A stretch of DNA of 64,000 bases from Clostridiales bacterium UBA1742. GTDB taxonomy: Bacteria > Bacillota > Clostridia > TANB77 > CAG-508. Made by a program: the position numbers and the translations under genes. Location: positions 30 to 64,029 of the forward strand of contig DCHW01000049.1 in the NCBI GenBank assembly GCA_002314935.1. The letters are read 5' to 3'. The notes beneath the pieces were generated by a model. It made no database searches, was not told the DNA's origin, and was given only the letters and a program-made list of their open reading frames with translations. Positions 1 through 8,972 of this stretch are shown piece by piece (within the stretch, counting starts at the first letter, position 1; each line of letters begins with the position of its first letter).

Positions 1-168
1 TTCATATTGTGATTCTTTCAACTCTAAGATTGCTCTTGAGAGTGAAAGTGGTGCCAATTTATATATTGAATATAGCACCTGGGTGAAATCAACATAACTT
101 TTTTCTGCTGATTTCGATTTTAAGAGCTCCTCCCGGAGCTTTTCAAGTTCAGATGACAAGATTATCAT
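1..168 (-). CDS. hypothetical protein, first 56 codons only (gene runs off the window start)
   Basis: ATG at 168-166 with AAGGAGG just upstream on the minus strand. Open to base 1 (MIILSSELEKLREELLKSKSAEKSYVDFTQ...). Visibly more GC than the adjacent DNA. Contains an in-frame CGG at 135-133. Confidence 0.4.
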   Translation of the reverse strand, partial: MIILSSELEKLREELLKSKSAEKSYVDFTQVLYSIYKLAPLSLSRAILELKESQYE

Positions 169-483
169 CCTCCTTTTTAGAATATACTTAATTATATCAT
201 AAAATAGTCAAAAAATCAAAAGTTATATAAGTAATTAATCATTAATTGTGGCTAGTAAATATTTATGTAAGCAAATAAATGTAAAAGTGTTTACATTTAT
301 AATTTTTTCATATATAATGTCATTAAATTAGAATGAAAGAAAAAGAGACAAAACTTTTTATGATGTAGTATGCAAGCAATTTAATAAAAGTAAAAAGAAA
401 TACTATAAAAAGATATTAAAATATAAAACTAATAATGGCGTATAACTATGTTTGTTATATAAATGTAAAATGGAGGAAACTAA

Positions 484-2020
484 ATGAATAAAACAAATGA
501 AAAAGGTATTACACTTATAGCATTAGTTATTACAATAATAGTAATGTTAATATTAGTTGCAGTAACTGTAAATATAGCTATAGAACGGTGGAATATTTTT
601 GAAAGCAAAAAAAGCAGCTTTTTATACTGAAATGCTTTCTTTAGAAGAAGAAAAACAGGGATATCTGATTGAAAAAGCAACAGAAAATAACACAGAAACA
701 AGCTGCTTTTTAGATGAAAATGTAACTACAAGTGATTTACTTAGCTTTTCAAACACATTAAAAGCAGAAATTATATATATGAGAAGTGATCCTGGGGCAG
801 AAATAAGTACAAAAACAATATGGGAAAATAATTTATATAATTGTAATGAAGCTTTTTTGGAAGAAAACTTAAATGATACAACTAAAAGTAATTTAGCAAC
901 TACAATATATTATTTAAAGAAGTCAAAAGACTATGTATACGATGAAAAAACAGACACTATTTATAAAGTAAAAGATACTAAAATAGGCAAATATACGGTA
1001 CATAGTTTAGTATATGCAAAATTAATGTTAGATGGAATTGGATTTTCTGGACATGGATTGGTTGATATGACAGTATCAGCTATAACTTCAAGTGATGGAA
1101 CGATATTCTATGAACCAAATTTAAATGATTTTACATATGAAACAGAAATAATTTATTATGCTGATGATATGACTACTTATAGTGTAAATGTAAGAGATTA
1201 TATACAAGGTGGCAAAAAAAATAATATAGAGTTTAATGAAAAACAATATACGTTTGCTAATTATGTTGATACAAAAACTGCAACTGAAAAAACAATATGG
1301 GGAAATATAAGATGTACAGCAAATGGATTAGAAACTAATTGGGTATGGATACCAAGGTATGCGTATAAATTAGATACAACGACTAAAACATCAGATATTA
1401 TATTTATTGATTTAAATGATAAACCATTAGATCAGATTAAATATGGAACTGAATTACCGGATGGTTATACACCCCACGAGGCTTTTACTCAAGATGATGG
1501 ATTATATGGTATATGGTATAGTAAATACGAACCATCATATATAGAATCTCAAAGAGATTGCATAGAACCAAAAGCACCAGATATGAGTAATTTTAATAGT
1601 TCTAATACAAAATTAATATATTATAATTTACAAGATTTAACAGATACTAAGGAAATGCCATATAGTGAAAATCCAAGTCAAACATATACAGAAAATGGAA
1701 CGACATATTATTTCTACAAATATGTAGATAAAATATGGGCAAATGTAAAATGTACAGCAAATGGATTAGAAACTAATTGGGTATGGATACCAAGATATGC
1801 ATACAAACTTGGCTCAGCTACCAATACATTGACTATAGGGTTACATACTGGAGAAGCGGATATAATATTAGTAGATGAAAATGACAAACCTATAGATACA
1901 GAAAAATGGGGAAACAAATTACCTGAAGGGTATAGGGTACATGATGCATTTAATCAAGATGGTAATATGAAGGGAATATGGTTTAGTAAATATGAACCAT
2001 CACAAGTTGTTTCTAAATAA
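484..2020 (+). CDS. prepilin-type N-terminal (type IV pilin-like/pseudopilin) protein with two C-terminal tandem repeats; needs a +1 shift at 586
   Basis: ATG 484 after GGAGGAAAC. N-terminus MNKTNEKGITLIALVITIIVMLILVAV resembles a prepilin cleavage/methylation segment. The zero frame stops at 628-630. The frame from 587 is open to 2020 (track ORF 599..2020). It contains two ~85-aa repeats (CTANGLETNWVWIPRYAYKL ... GIW(Y/F)SKYEPS). Confidence 0.6.
586..589 (+). other. candidate +1 recoding site: GAA C GGT (zero-frame CGG, protein resumes on GGT Gly)
   Basis: Joins ...VNIAIE to GGIFLKAKKAAFYTEM...; the zero frame terminates 14 codons later. Confidence 0.65.
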
Positions 2021-2105
2021 CAATTAATAGGATAGCATAATGTGATTTATAGAAAAAGTATAGGAAAAAATTATGATTATTTATATAAAAAGGAGAAATT
2101 TAAAT

Positions 2106-2750
2106 ATGAAAATAAAAAAAATATTATTTTTAAATTTTTTAATGTTAATAGCAATGTTAATAATAAATAAAAATTATTGTGCAATAGATGAAACTATAAA
2201 AATGGAAATTAAAGAGGGAACAACGGCATGGACTAATATTTCAACATCTGATGCTTATGATGAAAGCCAATATTTAAATAATGAATCATCAAGTCTTGGA
2301 ACAAACGGTTTACAAGCACATTTAACAACTATGAATGATTGGAATGCTATGGCAATTTTTTCAATTGGACAATATGGTGGAACAAAATCAAACAATCCAA
2401 CATCTACAAATAATAATGAAAGTGGAATTTATAACGTTGGCAGTAAAAGGACATGGACATCTGATGCATTAGATATCATGTCAAAAACTAATTATAATGA
2501 GTCTATATACAATAATAAAGATAGTAAATATGTAAATTTATGGAAGAAAACTTTTAATGAAAATTCTTTTTATGGTGTAATTAATACAACGGGTTGGTTG
2601 AATGGATATACATGGTGGGGGAATTTTTCTAGTACGCGTTGTCAATGCTTTTATAATGGACTGTTTGGAACTTGTTGTTATTATAATGGAGGAGATTCTA
2701 GTGGGGGGCCACAAAACAATATGACTTTTCGTCCTGTGCTTTGGAATTAA
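2106..2750 (+). CDS. secreted hypothetical protein
   Basis: ATG 2106 after AAGGAGAAA (inside track ORF 2073..2750). N-terminal hydrophobic signal-like segment ILFLNFLMLIAMLIINKNYC. No family recognised. Confidence 0.5.
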   Translation: MKIKKILFLNFLMLIAMLIINKNYCAIDETIKMEIKEGTTAWTNISTSDAYDESQYLNNESSSLGTNGLQAHLTTMNDWNAMAIFSIGQYGGTKSNNPTSTNNNESGIYNVGSKRTWTSDALDIMSKTNYNESIYNNKDSKYVNLWKKTFNENSFYGVINTTGWLNGYTWWGNFSSTRCQCFYNGLFGTCCYYNGGDSSGGPQNNMTFRPVLWN

Positions 2751-2758
2751 TTTAAACC

Positions 2759-2792
2759 AAAAGCAATATGTTAATTCGTATTGCTTTTTTTG
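2759..2792 (+). terminator. rho-independent terminator
   Basis: Stem aagcaata (2761-2768) pairs with tattgctt (2779-2786), followed by a T-run. Confidence 0.6.
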
Positions 2793-2835
2793 TTATTTAA
2801 ATATATAATTTATGATAATGTAAAGGAGATTTTTA

Positions 2836-3840
2836 ATGGATGATGAAAATTTATTAATTCCAAATATTCAAAACGAACTTGAAGAAAGAAATGAAATTTC
2901 ATTAAGACCTAAATGTTTAGAAGAATATGTTGGACAAACTAAAGTAAAAGAAAATATGAAAATTTATATAGAAGCAGCTAAAAAGAGAGAAGAACCTTTG
3001 GATCACATTTTATTATATGGTCCTCCAGGACTTGGAAAAACAACATTATCTAATATTATTGCTTCAGAAATGAATACAAATATTAGAATAACATCTGGAC
3101 CTGCAATAGAAAAGCCAGGAGATTTAGCAGCTTTGCTTACTAATTTGTCTTCCAATGATATTTTATTTATTGACGAAATTCATAGATTAAATAGAAGTAT
3201 TGAAGAAATTTTATATCCAGCTTTAGAGGATTATAATTTGGATATTATTATAGGAAAAGGCCCAAGTGCTAGATCTATAAGATTAGATTTGCCAAAGTTT
3301 ACTTTGATTGGTGCAACAACAAGAGCTGGATCACTTACTACTCCATTAAGAGATAGATTTGGAATAATACATAGATTAGAGTTATATACTGTTGAAGAAT
3401 TAAATGATATTGTTCAAAGATCTGCAAAAATTTTAGAAATAACAATTGATAACGAAGGAAGTATGGAAATTGCAAGACGTTCAAGAGGAACTCCAAGAAT
3501 TGCAAATAGATTACTTAAAAGAGTAAGAGATTATGCAGCAGTGTTAGGAGATGGAAATATAACAAATAAAATTGCAAAATTTGCATTAGAAAAATTAGAA
3601 ATTGATGATTTGGGATTAGATAATATTGATAGAAAAATATTAGAATGTATAATTTTAAACTATGCAGGTGGACCAGTGGGAATAGAAACTTTGGCATCTA
3701 CAATCGGCGAGGAAACAGAAACAATAGAAGATGTTTATGAGCCATATTTAATGCAAATAGGTTTCTTGGGAAGAACACCAAGAGGAAGAATTGCAACACC
3801 AAAAGCGTATAAACATTTGAAAATAGAAATTGAAAATTAA
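2836..3840 (+). CDS. ruvB: Holliday junction branch migration ATPase RuvB
   Basis: 334 aa. Walker [10 protein letters not shown], Walker [26 protein letters not shown] region. Collinear with RuvB over the full length. Confidence 0.95.
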   Translation: MDDENLLIPNIQNELEERNEISLRPKCLEEYVGQTKVKENMKIYIEAAKKREEPLDHILLYGPPGLGKTTLSNIIASEMNTNIRITSGPAIEKPGDLAALLTNLSSNDILFIDEIHRLNRSIEEILYPALEDYNLDIIIGKGPSARSIRLDLPKFTLIGATTRAGSLTTPLRDRFGIIHRLELYTVEELNDIVQRSAKILEITIDNEGSMEIARRSRGTPRIANRLLKRVRDYAAVLGDGNITNKIAKFALEKLEIDDLGLDNIDRKILECIILNYAGGPVGIETLASTIGEETETIEDVYEPYLMQIGFLGRTPRGRIATPKAYKHLKIEIEN

Positions 3841-3893
3841 TTTTTAAATTGTAGGGGCATTTTTAATTGCTCGTAAAAAACGGAGGAAATAAA

Positions 3894-4826
3894 ATGAAAA
3901 AAATATCAGTAGTTATACCAGTTTATAACGAAGAAGAGGTTGTGAAAAAATGTTATGTTAAATTAAAAGAAACTTTAGAAAATATTATAGACTATGAAAA
4001 TGAAATGATATTTATTGATGATGGAAGTAAAGATAAGACTTTAGAATTTTTAGAAACTATTGCAAACGAAAATAAAAATGTAAAAATTTTATCTTTTTCA
4101 AGAAATTTTGGACATCAATGTGCTGTAACAGCTGGGTTAAGAGAAACAACAGGAGATGCAGTTGTTATAATTGATAGTGATTTGCAAGATCCTCCGGAAC
4201 TAATTCCAGAAATGTTAAAATTATGGGAAGATGGTAATGATGTAATATATGGAAAAAGAAAAAAGAGAAAAGGTGAGTCTTGCTTTAAATTATTTACAGC
4301 AAAAATGTTTTATAAAACATTAAATAAACTATCTGATGTTGAAATTCCGAAAGATACAGGGGATTTTAGACTAGTAGATAGAAAAGTTGTTGATACTATA
4401 AACAATTTACCAGAACATAATAAATTTTTAAGGGGATTATTTAGTTGGGTTGGATTTAAAACAGTACCTTTTGAGTACGAAAGAAATGAACGTGCTGCAG
4501 GAAAAACAAAGTATCCTTTAAAAAAGATGTTAAAACTTGCATCTGATGGAATAATTAGTTTTTCTAATAAACCTTTAAAAATAATTGGTGGAATTGGAAT
4601 ATTTTCAATATTTATTTCATTTATAATTCTTATATATGCATTACTTTCTTTCTTTTTGAAATGGAATGATTTAACTCCTGGATGGACTTCTTTAATGGTT
4701 GCTATAACTTTTTTTGCTGGAGTTCAATTATCATCATTATGGATAATTTCTGAATATATTTCTAGAATTTATGATGAATCTAAAAATAGACCTGAATATA
4801 TAATTAATAAAAAAATAAATTTATAA
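3894..4826 (+). CDS. GT2 polyprenyl-phosphate glycosyltransferase (GtrB/DPM1-like)
   Basis: ATG 3894 after GGAGGAAAT. VVIPVYNEE, DDGSKD and DSDLQDPPE GT-A motifs plus two C-terminal TM helices. Confidence 0.8.
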   Translation: MKKISVVIPVYNEEEVVKKCYVKLKETLENIIDYENEMIFIDDGSKDKTLEFLETIANENKNVKILSFSRNFGHQCAVTAGLRETTGDAVVIIDSDLQDPPELIPEMLKLWEDGNDVIYGKRKKRKGESCFKLFTAKMFYKTLNKLSDVEIPKDTGDFRLVDRKVVDTINNLPEHNKFLRGLFSWVGFKTVPFEYERNERAAGKTKYPLKKMLKLASDGIISFSNKPLKIIGGIGIFSIFISFIILIYALLSFFLKWNDLTPGWTSLMVAITFFAGVQLSSLWIISEYISRIYDESKNRPEYIINKKINL

Positions 4827-4844
4827 AAGGAGAGTTAATAAAAA

Positions 4845-6053
4845 ATGATACCTAAAATTGAAGAAAAATTCTTAGATTTTATAAAAAAATATATATTTGA
4901 AATTTTACTTTTTTTAACTGTAATTGTCTCTTTATTAATAAGAATAAATTTTTTGAAATTTAAATCTGATGATTATATAGCATTTTTATCAGAATGGTTT
5001 AACATACTAAAAACTAATGGCAGAATATTTGCTTTAAAAAATTCAATTGGAGATTATAATATTCCATACTTGGTTATAATGGCTTTAATTACATATTTAC
5101 CAATAAAACAACTTGTTGCATTAAAAATAGTGTCTATTATTTTTGATTATTTGATGGCATTTGCTGGGATGTTAATAATATATGAGTTATTAAAAAATAA
5201 CCGAAATAAAGATTTATACGCATTAATTACTTTTTTAATTATAACTTTATTACCAACAGTTTTTTTAAATTCATCAGCTTGGTGTCAATGTGATTCAATA
5301 TATACTACTTTTGTATTATTTTCAATTTTATATTTACTAAAGGAAAAATATACTAAAGCATTTATTTTTTTTGGTATTGCATTTGCTTTTAAATTGCAGA
5401 CAATATTTGCGTTACCTATATTTTTATTAGTATATTTATCAAAAAAAAATTATTCATTAATTGAATTTTTTATAATTCCAATAGTAAATTTTATAATGAG
5501 TTTACCCGCTATTATAGTAGGGAAACCTATAAAAGAATGTTTTAGTATATATTTTAATCAGACTACTCAATATTCAAATTATTTAGCAATGAATTTTCCA
5601 AGTATTTATGCTATATTTTTTAAAGTTAAGGCGGCTAATTTAATTGAAAATCCAAGTTTAGAATTATCAAAAGCTGGAACGTTTATAACATTAATTATTT
5701 TGGCAGGAACAGCTGCATACTTTTTAATAAGAAATATTAAAATAAATCAAAAATTAATAATTGAAATATTTCTTTGGTCTGTAATGATTGTTACATTTTT
5801 GTTGCCTCATATGCATGATAGATATCTATTTATTGCTGATGTTATAAGTGTAATTTATTTTATAATTTATCCAAAAAGATTTTATATACCAATTGCAGTT
5901 AATTTTATTTCGTTATATACATATATTGTATATCTATATAAAGTAATTGTAATACCAATGAGTTATGTTGCGATTTTGTTTGGAGTTATTATAATAATTA
6001 TGACAAAATATATGATAGAAGATATAAAAGAATATCAAATTCAGGAGGAATAA
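4845..6053 (+). CDS. polytopic membrane protein, probable GT-C-type glycosyltransferase partner of the upstream GT2
   Basis: 402 aa with about 10 hydrophobic helices. Tightly coupled downstream of the GT2 gene. Family not identified from sequence alone. Confidence 0.45.
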   Translation: MIPKIEEKFLDFIKKYIFEILLFLTVIVSLLIRINFLKFKSDDYIAFLSEWFNILKTNGRIFALKNSIGDYNIPYLVIMALITYLPIKQLVALKIVSIIFDYLMAFAGMLIIYELLKNNRNKDLYALITFLIITLLPTVFLNSSAWCQCDSIYTTFVLFSILYLLKEKYTKAFIFFGIAFAFKLQTIFALPIFLLVYLSKKNYSLIEFFIIPIVNFIMSLPAIIVGKPIKECFSIYFNQTTQYSNYLAMNFPSIYAIFFKVKAANLIENPSLELSKAGTFITLIILAGTAAYFLIRNIKINQKLIIEIFLWSVMIVTFLLPHMHDRYLFIADVISVIYFIIYPKRFYIPIAVNFISLYTYIVYLYKVIVIPMSYVAILFGVIIIIMTKYMIEDIKEYQIQEE

Positions 6054-6054
6054 A

Positions 6055-6628
6055 ATGAAATTATTGTTACATACATGCTGTGCTCCGTGTAGTGTATATT
6101 GCATTGATACACTTAGAAAAGAAGAAATAGAACCAACTATTTATTGGTTTAATCCAAATATTCACCCATATATGGAATATAAGGCAAGAAGAGATTGCTT
6201 AAAAGATTATGCTAAAAGTATAGATGCTAATGCCATTTTTGAAGATAATTATGGATTGAGAGAATTTTGTAAGAATGTTGTAAATAATTTAGATAATAGA
6301 TGTTCTAATTATTGTTATAGAGTAAGACTAGAACAAACTGCAAAATTTGCAAAGGAAAATCGGATATGATTGCTTTTCTACAACATTACTAGTGAGTCCA
6401 TATCAAAATCATGAAGCATTAAAACAAATTGGGAAAGAAATAGCTAAAAAGTATGATTTACAATTTTTATATAGAGATTTTAGAGTTGGTTTTAGAGAGG
6501 GACAATCAAAGGCAAGAGAATTGGGATTATATATGCAAAAATACTGTGGCTGTGTATTTTCAGAAGAAGATAGATACAGTAAACAAATAAATATAAAAAA
6601 CGTCATAAACCTAAGGGATAAAATATAA
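6055..6628 (+). CDS. queH: epoxyqueuosine reductase QueH (DUF208); needs a +1 shift at 6361
   Basis: N-terminal LLHTCCAPCS and C-terminal YCGC motifs. Track ORFs 6055..6369 and 6347..6628 join as ...TAKFAKEN-GYDCFSTTLLVSPYQ.... Confidence 0.75.
6361..6364 (+). other. candidate +1 recoding site: AAT C GGA
   Basis: The zero frame reads CGG ATA TGA (stop 6367-6369). Skipping C6361 restores the conserved GYDxF(S/T)TTL block. Confidence 0.8.
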
Positions 6629-6670
6629 ATTTGAAGATAAACAATAATTATTTAACAGAAAGGAATTATA

Positions 6671-8068
6671 ATGAATAATTTTAATAAAAAGTTTAATGAA
6701 TTTGAAGAAAGTTTATTAAACAAAAAAATTGCAATAGTTGGAATGGGAGTTAGTAATATTCCACTTATAGATTATTTTTCTGATAAACAAGTAGAAGTTA
6801 CTGTGTTTGATGATAATGAGATAAATGATGAAATTCAAAAGAAAATTAATCAAAATGGATATAGTACTAAAATCGGAAGGGATAAATTTAATGAATTAAA
6901 AAATTATGATATTATATTTAGATCTCCAAGTATTTTGCCATCAATTCCAGAAATTAAAGATGCTATAAACAATGGAGTTAAGGTTACATCAGAAATAGAA
7001 TTGGTTATAGAATTAGCACCATGTAAAATTATCGGAGTAACTGGAACAGAAGGTAAAACAACAACAACAACACTTATTTATGAAATATTAAAATATTCTG
7101 GAAACAATTGCTTTTTAGGTGGAAATATGGGATATCCATTATTTACTAAAATCCTAGAAATGAAAGCAAGTGATATAATTGCATTAGAATTAAGCAGTTT
7201 TCAATTAATGGATATGGAAATTAGTCCATCAATTGCAGTTGTAACTAATATATATCCAGATCATTTAAATTTTCATTCATCATATGAAGAATATCAAGAG
7301 GCAAAGAAAAATATATTTATTCATCAAGATGCAAACGAAAAGGTAATATTAAATTATGATAATGAAATTACACGTACATTTGTAAATGATGTTAAAAGCA
7401 ATGTTATATTTTTTAGTAGTAAGGAAAAATTATCTAATGGATATATATATGACAAAGATGATGGATTTATTAAATATATTAACAATGGATTTATAGAAAA
7501 TATTATATCTAAAGCTGATATAAAAGTTAAGGGCATACATAATTATGAAAATATTTGTGTAGCTTTAGCAGCAACAGATACTATTGTAGATAGAAAAAAA
7601 CAAATAGAAGCTATTAAAAATTTTAAAGGCGTAGAACATAGATTAGAATATGTAAAAACTATTAATGGAGTAAAATATTATAATGATTCAATTGGAACAA
7701 GTCCTGCAAGTACAATTGCTGGTTTGAATTCTTTTGATGAAAATATTATTTTAATTGCAGGTGGTTCTGATAAAGGATTAGATTATACAGAAATTGGTAA
7801 AAAAATTGCTGAAAAAGTTAGTACCTTAATTTTAACTGGACCAACATCCGAAAAAATAGAAAAAGCAACTAAAGATGCTTTAAAAGATGATATGAATCAA
7901 ATTAATATTATAAACTGTGCAAATTTAGAAGAAGCAGTTTTAACAGCAAAAAATGTTGCAGTTGAAAATGACATTGTTTTACTTTCTCCTGCAAGTGCAA
8001 GTTTTGATGCTTTTAAAAACTTTATTGAAAGAGGAAATAAATTTAAAGAATTGGTAAATAAATTATAA
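6671..8068 (+). CDS. murD: UDP-N-acetylmuramoylalanine--D-glutamate ligase
   Basis: 465 aa. N-terminal Rossmann IAIVGMGVSN, ATP loop GVTGTEGKTTTT, Mur ligase middle and C-terminal domains. Confidence 0.85.
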   Translation: MNNFNKKFNEFEESLLNKKIAIVGMGVSNIPLIDYFSDKQVEVTVFDDNEINDEIQKKINQNGYSTKIGRDKFNELKNYDIIFRSPSILPSIPEIKDAINNGVKVTSEIELVIELAPCKIIGVTGTEGKTTTTTLIYEILKYSGNNCFLGGNMGYPLFTKILEMKASDIIALELSSFQLMDMEISPSIAVVTNIYPDHLNFHSSYEEYQEAKKNIFIHQDANEKVILNYDNEITRTFVNDVKSNVIFFSSKEKLSNGYIYDKDDGFIKYINNGFIENIISKADIKVKGIHNYENICVALAATDTIVDRKKQIEAIKNFKGVEHRLEYVKTINGVKYYNDSIGTSPASTIAGLNSFDENIILIAGGSDKGLDYTEIGKKIAEKVSTLILTGPTSEKIEKATKDALKDDMNQINIINCANLEEAVLTAKNVAVENDIVLLSPASASFDAFKNFIERGNKFKELVNKL

Positions 8069-8086
8069 TTATAGGAGATAACTAAA

Positions 8087-8941
8087 ATGTATACTTCAAT
8101 AAAAAAATCAAGTGTATTAGGTATTGTTGGAAACATATTTTTACTTATTATTAAAACTTTTGCGGGAATAATGACTAAAAGTCAAGCAATGATTGGAGAT
8201 GCAGCAAATAGTGCTGGAGATATTTTTTCATCTGCTATGACATTAATAGGAAATAAAATTGCTAGTAAGCCAGAAGATGAATCACATAATTTAGGACATG
8301 GAAAGGCAGAATACATTTTTTCAATGTTAATAAGTATATCTATGTTAGCCGTTTCGGCAAAATTACTTGCAGATTCAATTGAAACACTTATATTTAGAAG
8401 TGAGTATAAGTTTTCTTGGTTATTAGTTATTGTATCTAGTATAACAATAATAGTAAAATTCTTTTTATACATATATACACATTCAGTTTCAAAAAAATAT
8501 AATAATTTATTAATAGATGCAAATGCAAAGGATCATATAAATGATTGTTGTGTAACTGCATTTACTTTGCTATCTTCACTATTAAGCTTAAAAAATATAA
8601 CATGGTTTGATGGTGTAGTTGGTGTTGGAATAGCAATTTGGATATGTATTACAGGAATAAAAATATTTAAGAAAAGCTATGATGTTTTAATGGATATGGC
8701 TATAAGTGAAAGTGATAAGCAAAAAGTTTTAGATATTATAAATAATCATTCTGAAATAAAAAAAATACAACATTTTAATTCTATTCCTGTAGGATATAAA
8801 TATCAGATATCTTTTACAATATATGTAGATGGAAATTTATCTACATTCGAAAGTCACAAAATTGCAGATGATCTTGAAAAAGAAATTAATAAAAAAATTG
8901 AAGAAGTGTATTTAACAGTGATACATGTAAATCCAATTTAA
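8087..8941 (+). CDS. cation diffusion facilitator family transporter
   Basis: 284 aa with six TM helices plus a cytoplasmic C-domain. Has the HNLGHGKAEY and DAANSAGD type CDF signatures. Confidence 0.8.
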   Translation: MYTSIKKSSVLGIVGNIFLLIIKTFAGIMTKSQAMIGDAANSAGDIFSSAMTLIGNKIASKPEDESHNLGHGKAEYIFSMLISISMLAVSAKLLADSIETLIFRSEYKFSWLLVIVSSITIIVKFFLYIYTHSVSKKYNNLLIDANAKDHINDCCVTAFTLLSSLLSLKNITWFDGVVGVGIAIWICITGIKIFKKSYDVLMDMAISESDKQKVLDIINNHSEIKKIQHFNSIPVGYKYQISFTIYVDGNLSTFESHKIADDLEKEINKKIEEVYLTVIHVNPI

Positions 8942-8972
8942 TTGTCAAGTATAAAAGAATTAGGAGAGAAAT

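Noticed and set aside
480-701. Other antisense track ORFs (for example 480..701, 1714..1917, 3515..3697, 8182..8472, 9461..9778, 19606..20073, 55577..55930, 62985..63251)
   Set aside because: Each lies fully inside, and antisense to, a longer gene with recognisable domains or better start context.
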